The position numbers and the translations under genes are program-made. DNA of 64,000 nt, taken from NCBI GenBank assembly GCA_003155695.1, contig PMDZ01000008.1:39362-103361 (forward strand), written 5' to 3'. Below the pieces are notes generated by a model, which ran no database searches, was not told the DNA's origin, and was given only the letters and a program-made list of their open reading frames with translations. Position 1 is the first letter of the stretch. Each line of letters opens with the position of its first letter. Source of the stretch: Candidatus Nomurabacteria bacterium (GTDB taxonomy: Bacteria > Patescibacteriota > Minisyncoccia > Phycocordibacterales > UBA9973). Shown here piece by piece: positions 39,390 through 48,725 of this stretch.

Positions 39390-40637
39390 TTATCCGTGTA
39401 AATTTTGAGTAATACTATAAATCGGTGTGATAATTGAAATAGCGATAAAGCCGACAAGGACACCCATGAAAATCATCAGCGCAGGTTCGATAAGATTCGA
39501 AATATTTTTTGTAAATTCTTCCACTTCGCTTTCGTAAAGTTCGGAAAGATAAATGAAAGAATTTGATAAGTTTCCGGAGCGTTCTCCGACTGAAATTATC
39601 TGAGTTAGGACTTCCGGGAAAAGGTTTCTATTTTTTGCAAGATAAACTGATATTCGTTCTCCTCGATTGACAGCTTCGGACATAGCTTCAAATTCTCTTT
39701 TGTATACTAGATTTCCTGATACTCTTGTTGTTATTTCTAGCGTTTCGCCGAAAGTCACACCACTTTTCAAAAGTAATCCAATCGTACGAGTAGTATTTGC
39801 CAAATTGTAATGTTTTATAACCTCTCCGATCATCGGAATTTTCATCAATAATTTATCGAAATAGAAGCGGAATATTTTAACTTTTTTTAATGTAAAAATA
39901 AAAACAAGAATGAAAATTACAATGCCGAGAACTAGTTCAAGTCCGTGATGAATCAAGAAATCACTGAAAGCCATAATTATCCTTGTTGAAAGGGGAAGAG
40001 TCATGTGCAAACTGGAAAAGACCGGTAAAATTTTTGGGAAAAGATAAACCATCAGGAATCCGGTAATTCCAAGAGTAGCAAAGGTGACAACAGCCGGATA
40101 AACAAAAGCACCTTTAACTTTTTTCTGTAAAGCGTTTTTCTTTTTTAATTCTTCGGCAAGATAGGTGAGATTATCGCTTAAAATTCCTGCAGATTCTCCG
40201 AAGGAAATAATATTTATTGAGAAATCACCAAATATTTTGTGAAATTTTCCAAGACTAGTGGACAGATTGTGCCCACTTGAAACATCATTAATAACCGTAT
40301 CCAAAATGGTAATGAGACCTTTCTGCCTGGTTTGTTCCCGAATCATCGTTAGACTTTCAAGTATTGGTATACCTGCTTTCAAGAGGAATGATAACCTTTT
40401 TATGAAAAAAGTCTGTTCTTTCAATGTCATTTTGAAGAAAGAGGAACTCTTAAAATTACTAAACATTTTCGAAAAAGATGAAGTGCTTTTTTTGGGAGAT
40501 TTTATATTTGATAATTCTTTATTTTTTTCAAATCTGTTTGTTGTATTATTGAAAAACAAAGTAGTGGATACTCCTCCTTTTTGAACGGAACTTTTCAAAG
40601 CGGAACTATTATTCTTTATGTATTTTTTTATTTCCAT
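39390..40637 (-). CDS. pilC: type IV pilus inner-membrane platform protein (GspF/PilC family)
   Basis: Two T2SSF-type repeats with 3-4 TM helices. 415 aa. Confidence 0.8.
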   Translation of the reverse strand: MEIKKYIKNNSSALKSSVQKGGVSTTLFFNNTTNRFEKNKELSNIKSPKKSTSSFSKMFSNFKSSSFFKMTLKEQTFFIKRLSFLLKAGIPILESLTMIREQTRQKGLITILDTVINDVSSGHNLSTSLGKFHKIFGDFSINIISFGESAGILSDNLTYLAEELKKKNALQKKVKGAFVYPAVVTFATLGITGFLMVYLFPKILPVFSSLHMTLPLSTRIIMAFSDFLIHHGLELVLGIVIFILVFIFTLKKVKIFRFYFDKLLMKIPMIGEVIKHYNLANTTRTIGLLLKSGVTFGETLEITTRVSGNLVYKREFEAMSEAVNRGERISVYLAKNRNLFPEVLTQIISVGERSGNLSNSFIYLSELYESEVEEFTKNISNLIEPALMIFMGVLVGFIAISIITPIYSITQNLHG

Positions 40638-40651
40638 ATTATTAAATATTA

Positions 40652-41875
40652 TTATTCGTGGATTACACGTAGAATTTCTTCTATTGTAGTGATACCTTCT
40701 TCGACTTTTTTAAAGCCATCTTCGAACATGGTAGTCATGCCCCGACTGACGGCTAAATTTTTAATTTCGCTTGCTGAAGCTTTCCTCAATATCGCTTCTC
40801 GGATAACTTCGTCAGCGACCAAAACTTCATTTATACATACTCGACCCGAGTATCCGGTATTGTTGCATTTGTCACAACCTTTACCTTTAAAATATACTTG
40901 GCCGTCATACATCAACTTTCCAATTAATGTATCTTGTAAACTTTCCTTAAGGGCTGGGGTCATCTTATGTTTTTCTTTACAATGTGAACAGATTTTTCGT
41001 ACCAAGCGTTGGCCAATAGCGATTGAGACTGTTGAAGCAACTAGATATTCCTCGACACCCATATCGAGCAAGCGTGGCAAGGTTGTAGCTGCATCGCTTG
41101 TATGCAGAGTTGAAAGGAGCAAATGCCCAGTAAGTGCTGTATTTACGGCAATATTTGCCGTTTCGGCATCACGAATTTCCCCGACCATAACAATGTTCGG
41201 GTCCTGCCTCAATATTGAACGTAGCCCATTAGCGAAAGTAAGCCCAGAATGGGAATTAACTTGTATTTGCTCAATATCGCCAATTGAATATTCTATCGGG
41301 TCTTCAATCGTAATTATCGAAACATCGGGATGATTCAACATTTTGATAAGAGTATAAAGAGTCGTAGTTTTCCCGGAACCGGTCGGCCCAGTAGCGAGAA
41401 TCATTCCGCTTGATTTTTTCATTGCAGCGATTATTTTTTTTGTATCACTATCACTAAAGCCTAAATTCTCCAAACTGAAATTTTCCGCTTTATCGGAAAG
41501 CAATCGCAAAACGGCATTCTCGCCGTGATATGTCGGAACAATAGAAACACGAAGGTCAATGAATTCATTCGTCACCGGAAAGATATATCGAAAGCGCCCG
41601 TCTTGCGTAGCTTGATGTTCATCGGTACGAAGTCTGGAGAGAATTTTTATTCTTGAAATTATTTCTCCATGGATATTTTTGGGGAGGGGATGAGAATCTT
41701 CAAGAACACCATCAATACGAAAACGCAAACGAACAGCTTTCTCTTGTGGGTCTAAGTGAATATCAGACGCATTTATTATAGACGCATGTTTTATAATCTC
41801 ATCAATTAAGTTAATAATTGAAAGATTTACTCCGTGAGCCAATTCTTTTTCTATAATCGCGTTAAATTCGTTCAT
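40652..41875 (-). CDS. pilB: type IV pilus assembly ATPase (GspE/PilB family, short form lacking N-terminal domains)
   Basis: Walker A GPTGSGKTT, Asp box, His box and the C-terminal tetracysteine C..C...C..C. Confidence 0.85.
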   Translation of the reverse strand: MNEFNAIIEKELAHGVNLSIINLIDEIIKHASIINASDIHLDPQEKAVRLRFRIDGVLEDSHPLPKNIHGEIISRIKILSRLRTDEHQATQDGRFRYIFPVTNEFIDLRVSIVPTYHGENAVLRLLSDKAENFSLENLGFSDSDTKKIIAAMKKSSGMILATGPTGSGKTTTLYTLIKMLNHPDVSIITIEDPIEYSIGDIEQIQVNSHSGLTFANGLRSILRQDPNIVMVGEIRDAETANIAVNTALTGHLLLSTLHTSDAATTLPRLLDMGVEEYLVASTVSIAIGQRLVRKICSHCKEKHKMTPALKESLQDTLIGKLMYDGQVYFKGKGCDKCNNTGYSGRVCINEVLVADEVIREAILRKASASEIKNLAVSRGMTTMFEDGFKKVEEGITTIEEILRVIHE

Positions 41876-42142
41876 ATAAATATAGGCTTTTTATCGATTT
41901 TTTCCCCTGAATAATAATCGTTTACATTAGCACATGCCTTTATTATTGTAAAGAGGCGTTTATTCACATAAGGGTATTTTGGATTTTAATGTTATACACA
42001 CAATATCCACCTTTTCCGTTGACTATATTAAAATTTGGTTTAAAATTTAAGGTATATAATAAATTCTTGTATTTTTTGGTTTTCTTTATTAATTATTATT
42101 AACACAGAAAATAAATTTTATTTATTTTCTACTCCAATTTTT

Positions 42143-44010
42143 ATGACGAAAAAATATATTATTACAATTTTGTTTTCTTTTATTTTTCTTTTAGGATTTT
42201 CTCATTTTATTTTTGCTAATACTCTACAGCATGGAAGTGATACAATTTATACAACACAAGCAGAAAATACTTTACCTAATGTTAATTCACCCGGAAATTT
42301 AGTTTTAAGCAATAATTATACCGACTGTGCTATTTTAGGAGATTGGTTACCAACTTGGTATGTTTGTGTTGCTAATGGTTTAACAGAATCAAATACTACT
42401 CAACCCGCAGGATTATTTTATGCTAGTCAAAGTGGAACTGAAATCATACAGGCAGAAATGGGACAATGGATGAATTTAAAATTTGTATATGCACCTACGC
42501 CAACCTGTGCAGATGGTATTCTATCAGGAAATCAGTGTATTACTCTGGTACAAACAGTTTGTGCTAACAATGAATCTATTCTTGATGGAAGCGGTATGTG
42601 CAATCTTGATGACAATCAGACCCCATCGGTTTGCCCAACTGATGATTATCCTCTATTAGATCTATTAGAATATAGTCAAACTCAGTGTGAAATAGTTTAT
42701 ACGCCGCCTACTTGTCCGAGTGGTTATACTTTAGATGGTAGTCAATGTTTAGTTGTAGATACAACTCCTCCATCAACTGATACCGATGGCGATGGTGTAT
42801 TAGATACAGTCGATAATTGTCCTGCTGTTGCTAACCCAGAGCAAACAGATACCGACGGTGACGGAATTGGTGATGCCTGTGAAGCACCTGATACAACTCC
42901 ACCCGTAATCACAGGTACATTTCGTCGACAAGATCCTTCCCCCTATGACTTTGCCAAAGTTGGTGACAGAGTTCGTGTTGACTTTGAATCAAACGAGCGT
43001 GTTTACCCACAAAGTTGGGAAATTGCCGGACACAGTATTCCTAGCTATACGCCCCAGAATGCGGAGGGTACACGTTTCTATATCTATTACGACATGCAAG
43101 CAAGCGATACTGAAGGTCCACTTACTTATTCAATGACTGCTCAAGATGATGCAGGAAAGTCAACAACGGTTACCGGCGGTGGCGTTACTTTTGATAAAAC
43201 TGCGCCGGCTGTTACAGTTCCTGATGATATAGTAGAAGCCACAAGTGGTTCTGGAGCCATACTTAATTATGTTGCTAGTGCAACAGATGTAAATCCTGCA
43301 ACCCCAGAAGTGACTTGTGTTCCTCCTTCAGGTTCAACTTTCCCATTAGGAACTACAGTTGTGACCTGTTCAGCTACAGATTCTGCTGGAAATACAGGAA
43401 CAGATACTTTCAATATTACAGTTAATGAATCAGTGGATACTATACCAACCGTAGAAGATACAACTAATCCAGTTATAACTCTACTTGGAGATAATCCTGT
43501 GACCGTGACTATTGGATATACCTATCTGGATGCTGGAGCTACAGCAACAGATGATGTTGACGATGATATAACTCTAAATATTGAAGTAGGTGGCTCGGTA
43601 GATACTACAACTGTCGGTACTTATACAATTACTTACGATGTAATTGATGCTGCCGGTAATAAAGCTAACCAAGTAACTAGAACAGTGAATGTAATTCAAG
43701 CTCATAAACATAGTAGTGGTTCTTCAGGTGGTAGTATTCCTAGAATTTCTAGTAGCGGAACTGTTATAACCGGCGGGCAAGTTCTCGGTGCTGAACATTT
43801 TAACTTCACACTATTACTCAAGATGGGTTCAATGGCAATGAAGTTATGGAACTTCAAAAGTTCCTAAACAATGCAGGATATGGAATTTTAGCAGTTGATG
43901 GAATCTTTGGGCCAAAAACCAAAGCCGCAGTTATCAAATTCCAAATTGCCAGTGGACTAGCAGGGGATGGAATAGTTGGACCTCTGACACGGGCAGTTTT
44001 AAATAAATAG
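42143..44010 (+). pseudogene. secreted TSP3-repeat / HYR / DUF5011 (Ig-like) protein with C-terminal PG-binding repeats, interrupted by a frameshift near 43820
   Basis: Signal peptide. TSP type-3 Ca-binding repeats DTDGDGVLDTVDNCPAVANPEQTDTDGDGIGDAC. An HYR-like block (..VTCVPPSGSTFPLGTTVVTCSATDSAGN..). A DUF5011-like block (..LDAGATATDDVDDDITL..GTYTITYDVIDAAGN..). The ORF-track frame stops at 43867, and a PG_binding_1 pair (GYGILAVDGIFGPKTKAAVIKFQ..GDGIVGPLTRAVL) continues in the adjacent frame to 44010. A hairpin plus T-run terminator lies at ~44024-44056. Confidence 0.5.
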
Positions 44011-44256
44011 AAATTTTAAAAAGAAAAATTCTGAGTAGTACTCAGAATTTTTCTTTGCACAGGTAGTTTTTTATTATCTATTATTTAAATATAATAAAAA
44101 ATAAACACCCGAATCTCAGGTGTTTAATTTGCAGCAATTGCTACGTTTATTGCAGTTCCTCTGTTTCAATATATTATTAGGGGTTCGTATTCAATATTAC
44201 AATAACCTTATTAATCAATTAAGTCAAGCTTAATAAAATCTGTTATACTATAGCGT

Positions 44257-45939
44257 ATGACCCAAGAACAAGCGTTTCAAATTATGAAAACCGGAGTGAA
44301 TATTTATCTGACTGGCAGTGCCGGAAGCGGTAAAACTTATCTCCTCAATAAATATATTTCGTATCTACAAAGTCACGACATTCCCGTGGCAGTCACGGCT
44401 TCGACCGGTATTGCCGCCACCCATATGAACGGCATGACCATACACTCTTGGAGTGGAATCGGAATTAAAAATTTTCTTGGTGAAAAAGAATTGGAACAGC
44501 TGGAGGATAAGAAATATCTTTGGAAGAGGTTTGAAAAAGCTCGCGTTTTAATTATTGATGAAGTTTCAATGCTCCACGGCAGCCAGCTTGAAATGGTGGA
44601 GAAAGTCTGCCGGAGATTCAAAAGAAACGATAAGTCATTTGGTGGATTGCAAGTTATTCTATCCGGTGATTTTTTCCAATTGCCACCGATAAGCAAAATT
44701 AATGAGGAGAATGAAAGTGGAATGGTTTTCGCCAGCAAGTCATGGCAAATATTGAATCCGGCAATTTGCTATATCGAGGAACAGCATCGCCAAGAAGACG
44801 ACACGCTTTTGGAAATCCTAAACACAATCCGCTCGGGTGAAATGCAAGAGAAACATTATGAACTTCTAAGAAGTCGTATCGGTGCCAAGCTGAAGAGCGA
44901 CGCAAAAGCAACCAAACTTTACACTCACAATATAAATGTCGACGATATAAATAATATTGAACTTTCTCTTATCAATAATGAAGAAAGAATTTCCATTATG
45001 ACTTCGACTGGTCCGGAACCACTTGTGGAGATATTGAAAAAGAGTTGCCTGGCTCATGAAAAATTAAAACTGAAAGTCGGTGCCGAAATAATGTGTATTA
45101 AGAATAATTTTGAAAATGGCTATGTGAATGGCTCTCGAGGTAAGATTATCGGGTTTGAAAAGGAAGGTGGAAACCCGATTATAGAGCTTTATAATGGCCG
45201 TAAAATAAGCCTAAAACCGGAAATATGGGCTATTGAAGAGGATGGGAAAGTTAAGGCCTCGGTTTCGCAAATACCGCTTCGCCTGGCTTGGGCAATCACC
45301 ATTCACAAAAGCCAAGGAATGTCGCTTGATAATGCCGAGATAGACCTGACAAAAAGTTTTTCTTATGGCATGGGTTATGTCGCTCTTTCAAGAGTCAGAA
45401 CTTTGGAAGGGATAAGCTTAGTTGGATTTAATGCTGAGGCACTTCGAGTTGACCCGAAAGTTTTGGAATTCGACCAAGATTTGAAGAATCAAAGTTTTCA
45501 GAATGAACTATTATTTAAGAAATTAAAAAATGATGAACAGAAAAAACTGGAGGAAGATTTTATTTTGAAGCTGGGAGGAACAATAATATCGGGAAATAAA
45601 AAAATTAAGAACAAGAGAATTGTAGAAACGAAAGTCCCGACAATTTTAATTACCAAAGAATTGCTCGATAAAGGTTATTCGGTAAAGGAAATCGCCAAAG
45701 AAAGGAATCTGACACAAGGGACGATAACTCACCACATAGAAGAAATCGTTTCGCAATATCCGGAGACAAATATCGTGCATATTCGTCCACAGCAAAAGCA
45801 TATCGACTTGGTCAAAACGATAAATAAAAAACTGAAAGGAGATGAAATAGGCAGATTAAACCCAATCAAATTAATACTTGAAAAAGAAGGATATAAAATG
45901 AGTTTCGAAGAAATTCGAATCGCAAAATTATTTATCTAA
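44257..45939 (+). CDS. Pif1/RecD-like AAA ATPase DNA helicase with C-terminal HTH
   Basis: Walker A GSAGSGKTY and Walker B LIIDEVSM, followed by Pif1-like motifs. 560 aa. Confidence 0.7.
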   Translation: MTQEQAFQIMKTGVNIYLTGSAGSGKTYLLNKYISYLQSHDIPVAVTASTGIAATHMNGMTIHSWSGIGIKNFLGEKELEQLEDKKYLWKRFEKARVLIIDEVSMLHGSQLEMVEKVCRRFKRNDKSFGGLQVILSGDFFQLPPISKINEENESGMVFASKSWQILNPAICYIEEQHRQEDDTLLEILNTIRSGEMQEKHYELLRSRIGAKLKSDAKATKLYTHNINVDDINNIELSLINNEERISIMTSTGPEPLVEILKKSCLAHEKLKLKVGAEIMCIKNNFENGYVNGSRGKIIGFEKEGGNPIIELYNGRKISLKPEIWAIEEDGKVKASVSQIPLRLAWAITIHKSQGMSLDNAEIDLTKSFSYGMGYVALSRVRTLEGISLVGFNAEALRVDPKVLEFDQDLKNQSFQNELLFKKLKNDEQKKLEEDFILKLGGTIISGNKKIKNKRIVETKVPTILITKELLDKGYSVKEIAKERNLTQGTITHHIEEIVSQYPETNIVHIRPQQKHIDLVKTINKKLKGDEIGRLNPIKLILEKEGYKMSFEEIRIAKLFI

Positions 45940-45974
45940 ACATTATTTTCCATTAAGTGATATAATTAGAGTAT

Positions 45975-46745
45975 ATGAGTAAAACAAAAAAAGTTATAAT
46001 TATAATCCTCATATTTATACTCATTGCTGTTGAGGGAGTAGTTTTAAGTGCAAAACTAAATATAGAAAAGCTACCGGTAATCGAAAATGATAATACTAAT
46101 AAAATTGAAAAAATTTCGCGTAAAAAACCCATCGAGATGTGCTATTACGATTCAACCAAAACAACAAGTGGATTATATGATGTCGCCTGGCTTAAGCTGG
46201 AAATATTTGGGAATTTAGTTTCTGGTGAGTTTGATAATCTCCCCGCCGAGAAAGATTCCAAGGTTGGAACTTTTGCCGGAACTGTCGGCCCTCTTGACCA
46301 GCAGATTATGGCGCGTCATGCAGACGTCTGGTGGAATTCACTTGCCGAAGGTATGAAAGTCAAAGAAGAATTGGCGATAGAATTCGGGGACGGAAGCGCG
46401 ACGGTTGGATTCGGAGAAATGGTAAACAGGGGGGATGGTGTATATGTTTATAAAGATAAAACAAAACTTTCTTATCTTGACCAAATGAGTCAAATCGATT
46501 GTGAATTCTTGGATGAGAAATTAATTGTTGAAAAATATATCCGAGATAATATCAAAACTATTACTATCGACAAACCAGTCCTTGGTGGTTCTTGGTATGT
46601 CGTATCTATAAATGTCGTACCGGAAACGCGTACTGGGGAAGTGACATATGAAGATGGACATATACAAAGCAAAGCAACATTCACATACATATACAACGAA
46701 AAACCGCAAAGTATTGAGGTTACAAAATGGGAAGTTGGAAAATAA
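45975..46745 (+). CDS. hypothetical membrane-anchored protein
   Basis: An N-terminal TM helix followed by a soluble domain. No family recognised. 256 aa. Confidence 0.45.
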   Translation: MSKTKKVIIIILIFILIAVEGVVLSAKLNIEKLPVIENDNTNKIEKISRKKPIEMCYYDSTKTTSGLYDVAWLKLEIFGNLVSGEFDNLPAEKDSKVGTFAGTVGPLDQQIMARHADVWWNSLAEGMKVKEELAIEFGDGSATVGFGEMVNRGDGVYVYKDKTKLSYLDQMSQIDCEFLDEKLIVEKYIRDNIKTITIDKPVLGGSWYVVSINVVPETRTGEVTYEDGHIQSKATFTYIYNEKPQSIEVTKWEVGK

Positions 46746-46748
46746 AAT

Positions 46749-46916
46749 TTACCTGTGTTTCTCGCGCCAGTCGTAATCTTCTTCTTCGTCGTCTTTCTTG
46801 TCAACAATAGGAGTTCCGCAAGCTTGGCAAACTTCATCATAGGAACGCAGACCACAACGGGGGCAGACCGGCTCTTTTGTTTTTTTTTCTTCTTTTTTAT
46901 CATCTTCGTCGCTCAT
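46749..46916 (-). CDS. small acidic zinc-ribbon protein (55 aa)
   Basis: Hand-translated: MSDEDDKKEEKKTKEPVCPRCGLRSYDEVCQACGTPIVDKKDDEEEDYDWREKHR, with a CPxCG...CxxCG ribbon. Not in the ORF track (under 60 aa). Confidence 0.35.
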   Translation of the reverse strand: MSDEDDKKEEKKTKEPVCPRCGLRSYDEVCQACGTPIVDKKDDEEEDYDWREKHR

Positions 46917-47010
46917 ATACACAGTATAAATTATTTTCCGGGTTTTGGAAATAGTTAGAAGGTGATATAATATATTTATTATTAAAATAACCGGCTACAT
47001 TAAAATATTA

Positions 47011-47064
47011 TTTTCTTCAGGTCCTCGGATGAGGAAGGACAAGGAGCCAGACCATGAAGAAAAC
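47011..47064 (+). repeat. hairpin motif copy 4 (core GTCCTCGGATGAGGAAGGACAAGGAGCCAGAC; outer stem ttttcttcagg / ccatgaagaaaa)
   Basis: Orphan copy. A 19-codon basic ORF (47094-47153, MAKGMTHKKEVKKPKKNKK) and a strong terminator at 47161-47199 follow. Confidence 0.65.
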
Positions 47065-47290
47065 AAAATTTTAATTTCGCCTCAAAATAACATATGGCAA
47101 AAGGAATGACTCACAAGAAGGAGGTTAAGAAGCCAAAGAAAAACAAAAAATAAATTTTCTAAAAATACTTCCCGACTTCGGTTAGGGAAGTATTTTTAGA
47201 ATAATTCGACCGATTATGAATAATGTAATCTTTTTGATTTATTATTAATTTCCTTGCATAATATAATAATTTTTTATATACTCCGAACAT

Positions 47291-48589
47291 ATGAAAAAAT
47301 ATAGCCTAGTTGTTGTATTATCTATATGTCTTCTCGTTATTGCCACTCTATATATTTATATGTCCGGAATACAAAAAAGGGATATTACGAATATAAATCA
47401 GGATTTGCAAGCTTCTTCCCGTAATTTCATTAATAGCAGTCCCGGAACTTTTTCCATAAAAAGTATATCCGCCAAATGTGTTGCCAATCTCCCTCAAGTC
47501 AGTCTTACATGGTCACAATCAATCAAAGCAAGTTCATATCTTGTAGAACGAATGTATCCGGGAGCAAAAAGCTGGGAAATTACCGGTGAGACATCGAACT
47601 TATTTTTCACCGACACGACGTATGAACCGGGCTACGATCTCGGTTATTTTACTTACCGAGTCCAAGCCTATAATGCAAACGGTTTAAGTTATTCAAAATC
47701 ACAAAAAATAAATATATTCAAATGTCCATCCGTAGTACCGGCAATAACTGCAACGGGGAATACAAACTCTATTCCTCCTGTTGTGACAACCTCAAAAAAT
47801 ACGTTGCAATGGGGAGCGTATGTCGGTGATGAAACAAATGATCTTGCTAATTTTGAATCATTAGTAGGAAAAAAAGTTAATCTATATGCCGATTTTGAAG
47901 GATGGAATGATACTTTTCCTTCCTCTTTATCGACAAAGGTTGGAGCCCAAGGTAAAACATTGGTAATATTCTGGGAGCCGGATTTTGGCTATGATACTAT
48001 AAATAATGGTAGTAAAGATACATATATAAAACAGTTCGCAACCGGCGCAAAATCTTATGGCTATCCGATAATCCTGGCACCTTTCGATGAGATGAATCTA
48101 AACGAGGAAGCATGGGGTTATGAGGTGAACAATAATACGGCTCTCAAATTTAGAACAGCCTGGCAACATATACACGATCTTTTTGTTTCAGTGTCAACAA
48201 CAAATGTAAAATTTGCTATCACCTACAATAATGTATCGATTCCAGACGTTGCGGGAAATGAAATGAGCGATTATTATCCCGGAGATACATATGTCGATTA
48301 TGTCGGCATAGACGGTTTCAATTTTGCCGATCCATGGCAAACATTTGCTCAAATTTTTGATACGACAATCGCTCAAGTTTCAAAATTCAATAAACCGATA
48401 TATATTCTCTCGATGGCATCGGAAGCCGGAGCACAAAAAGCAAGTTGGATTACCGACGGACTTGGGGGAACGATAAAAAATTATACGAATGTTCTTGGAT
48501 GGATTTGGTTTAACGAAGGTGGTCAACCAAATTGGATTGTGAACTCGGATAGCGCGTCTCTTTCCGCTTTTAAATCAATAATTCCGTAA
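47291..48589 (+). CDS. secreted FN3-domain glycoside hydrolase (GH26-like, clan GH-A)
   Basis: Signal peptide. FN3-like block (..LTWSQS..SYLVER..). The catalytic-region look-alikes are ILAPFDEMNLNEEAWGY (GH26 HEMN-type acid/base) and KPIYILSMASEAG (nucleophile region). Confidence 0.55.
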   Translation: MKKYSLVVVLSICLLVIATLYIYMSGIQKRDITNINQDLQASSRNFINSSPGTFSIKSISAKCVANLPQVSLTWSQSIKASSYLVERMYPGAKSWEITGETSNLFFTDTTYEPGYDLGYFTYRVQAYNANGLSYSKSQKINIFKCPSVVPAITATGNTNSIPPVVTTSKNTLQWGAYVGDETNDLANFESLVGKKVNLYADFEGWNDTFPSSLSTKVGAQGKTLVIFWEPDFGYDTINNGSKDTYIKQFATGAKSYGYPIILAPFDEMNLNEEAWGYEVNNNTALKFRTAWQHIHDLFVSVSTTNVKFAITYNNVSIPDVAGNEMSDYYPGDTYVDYVGIDGFNFADPWQTFAQIFDTTIAQVSKFNKPIYILSMASEAGAQKASWITDGLGGTIKNYTNVLGWIWFNEGGQPNWIVNSDSASLSAFKSIIP

Positions 48590-48725
48590 AAATATAGATA
48601 AATACTATAAAATAGTTTCTAAAATGCCTATTTAAGTAGGGGGTATTTCTATTTGACAAAAGGTTTAGAATATGCATAATTGAGGGACCAATACAAAAAA
48701 TTTATCAATTAATTACCAATATACC

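Noticed and set aside
46490-46958. ORF-track ORFs 46490-46903 (-) and 46755-46958 (+)
   Set aside because: The minus ORF overlaps the 45975-46745 CDS and gets its poly-Lys from a homopolymer tract. The plus ORF is low-complexity FFF/VVF. A different minus-strand frame (46749-46916) gives a coherent zinc-ribbon protein and is preferred.
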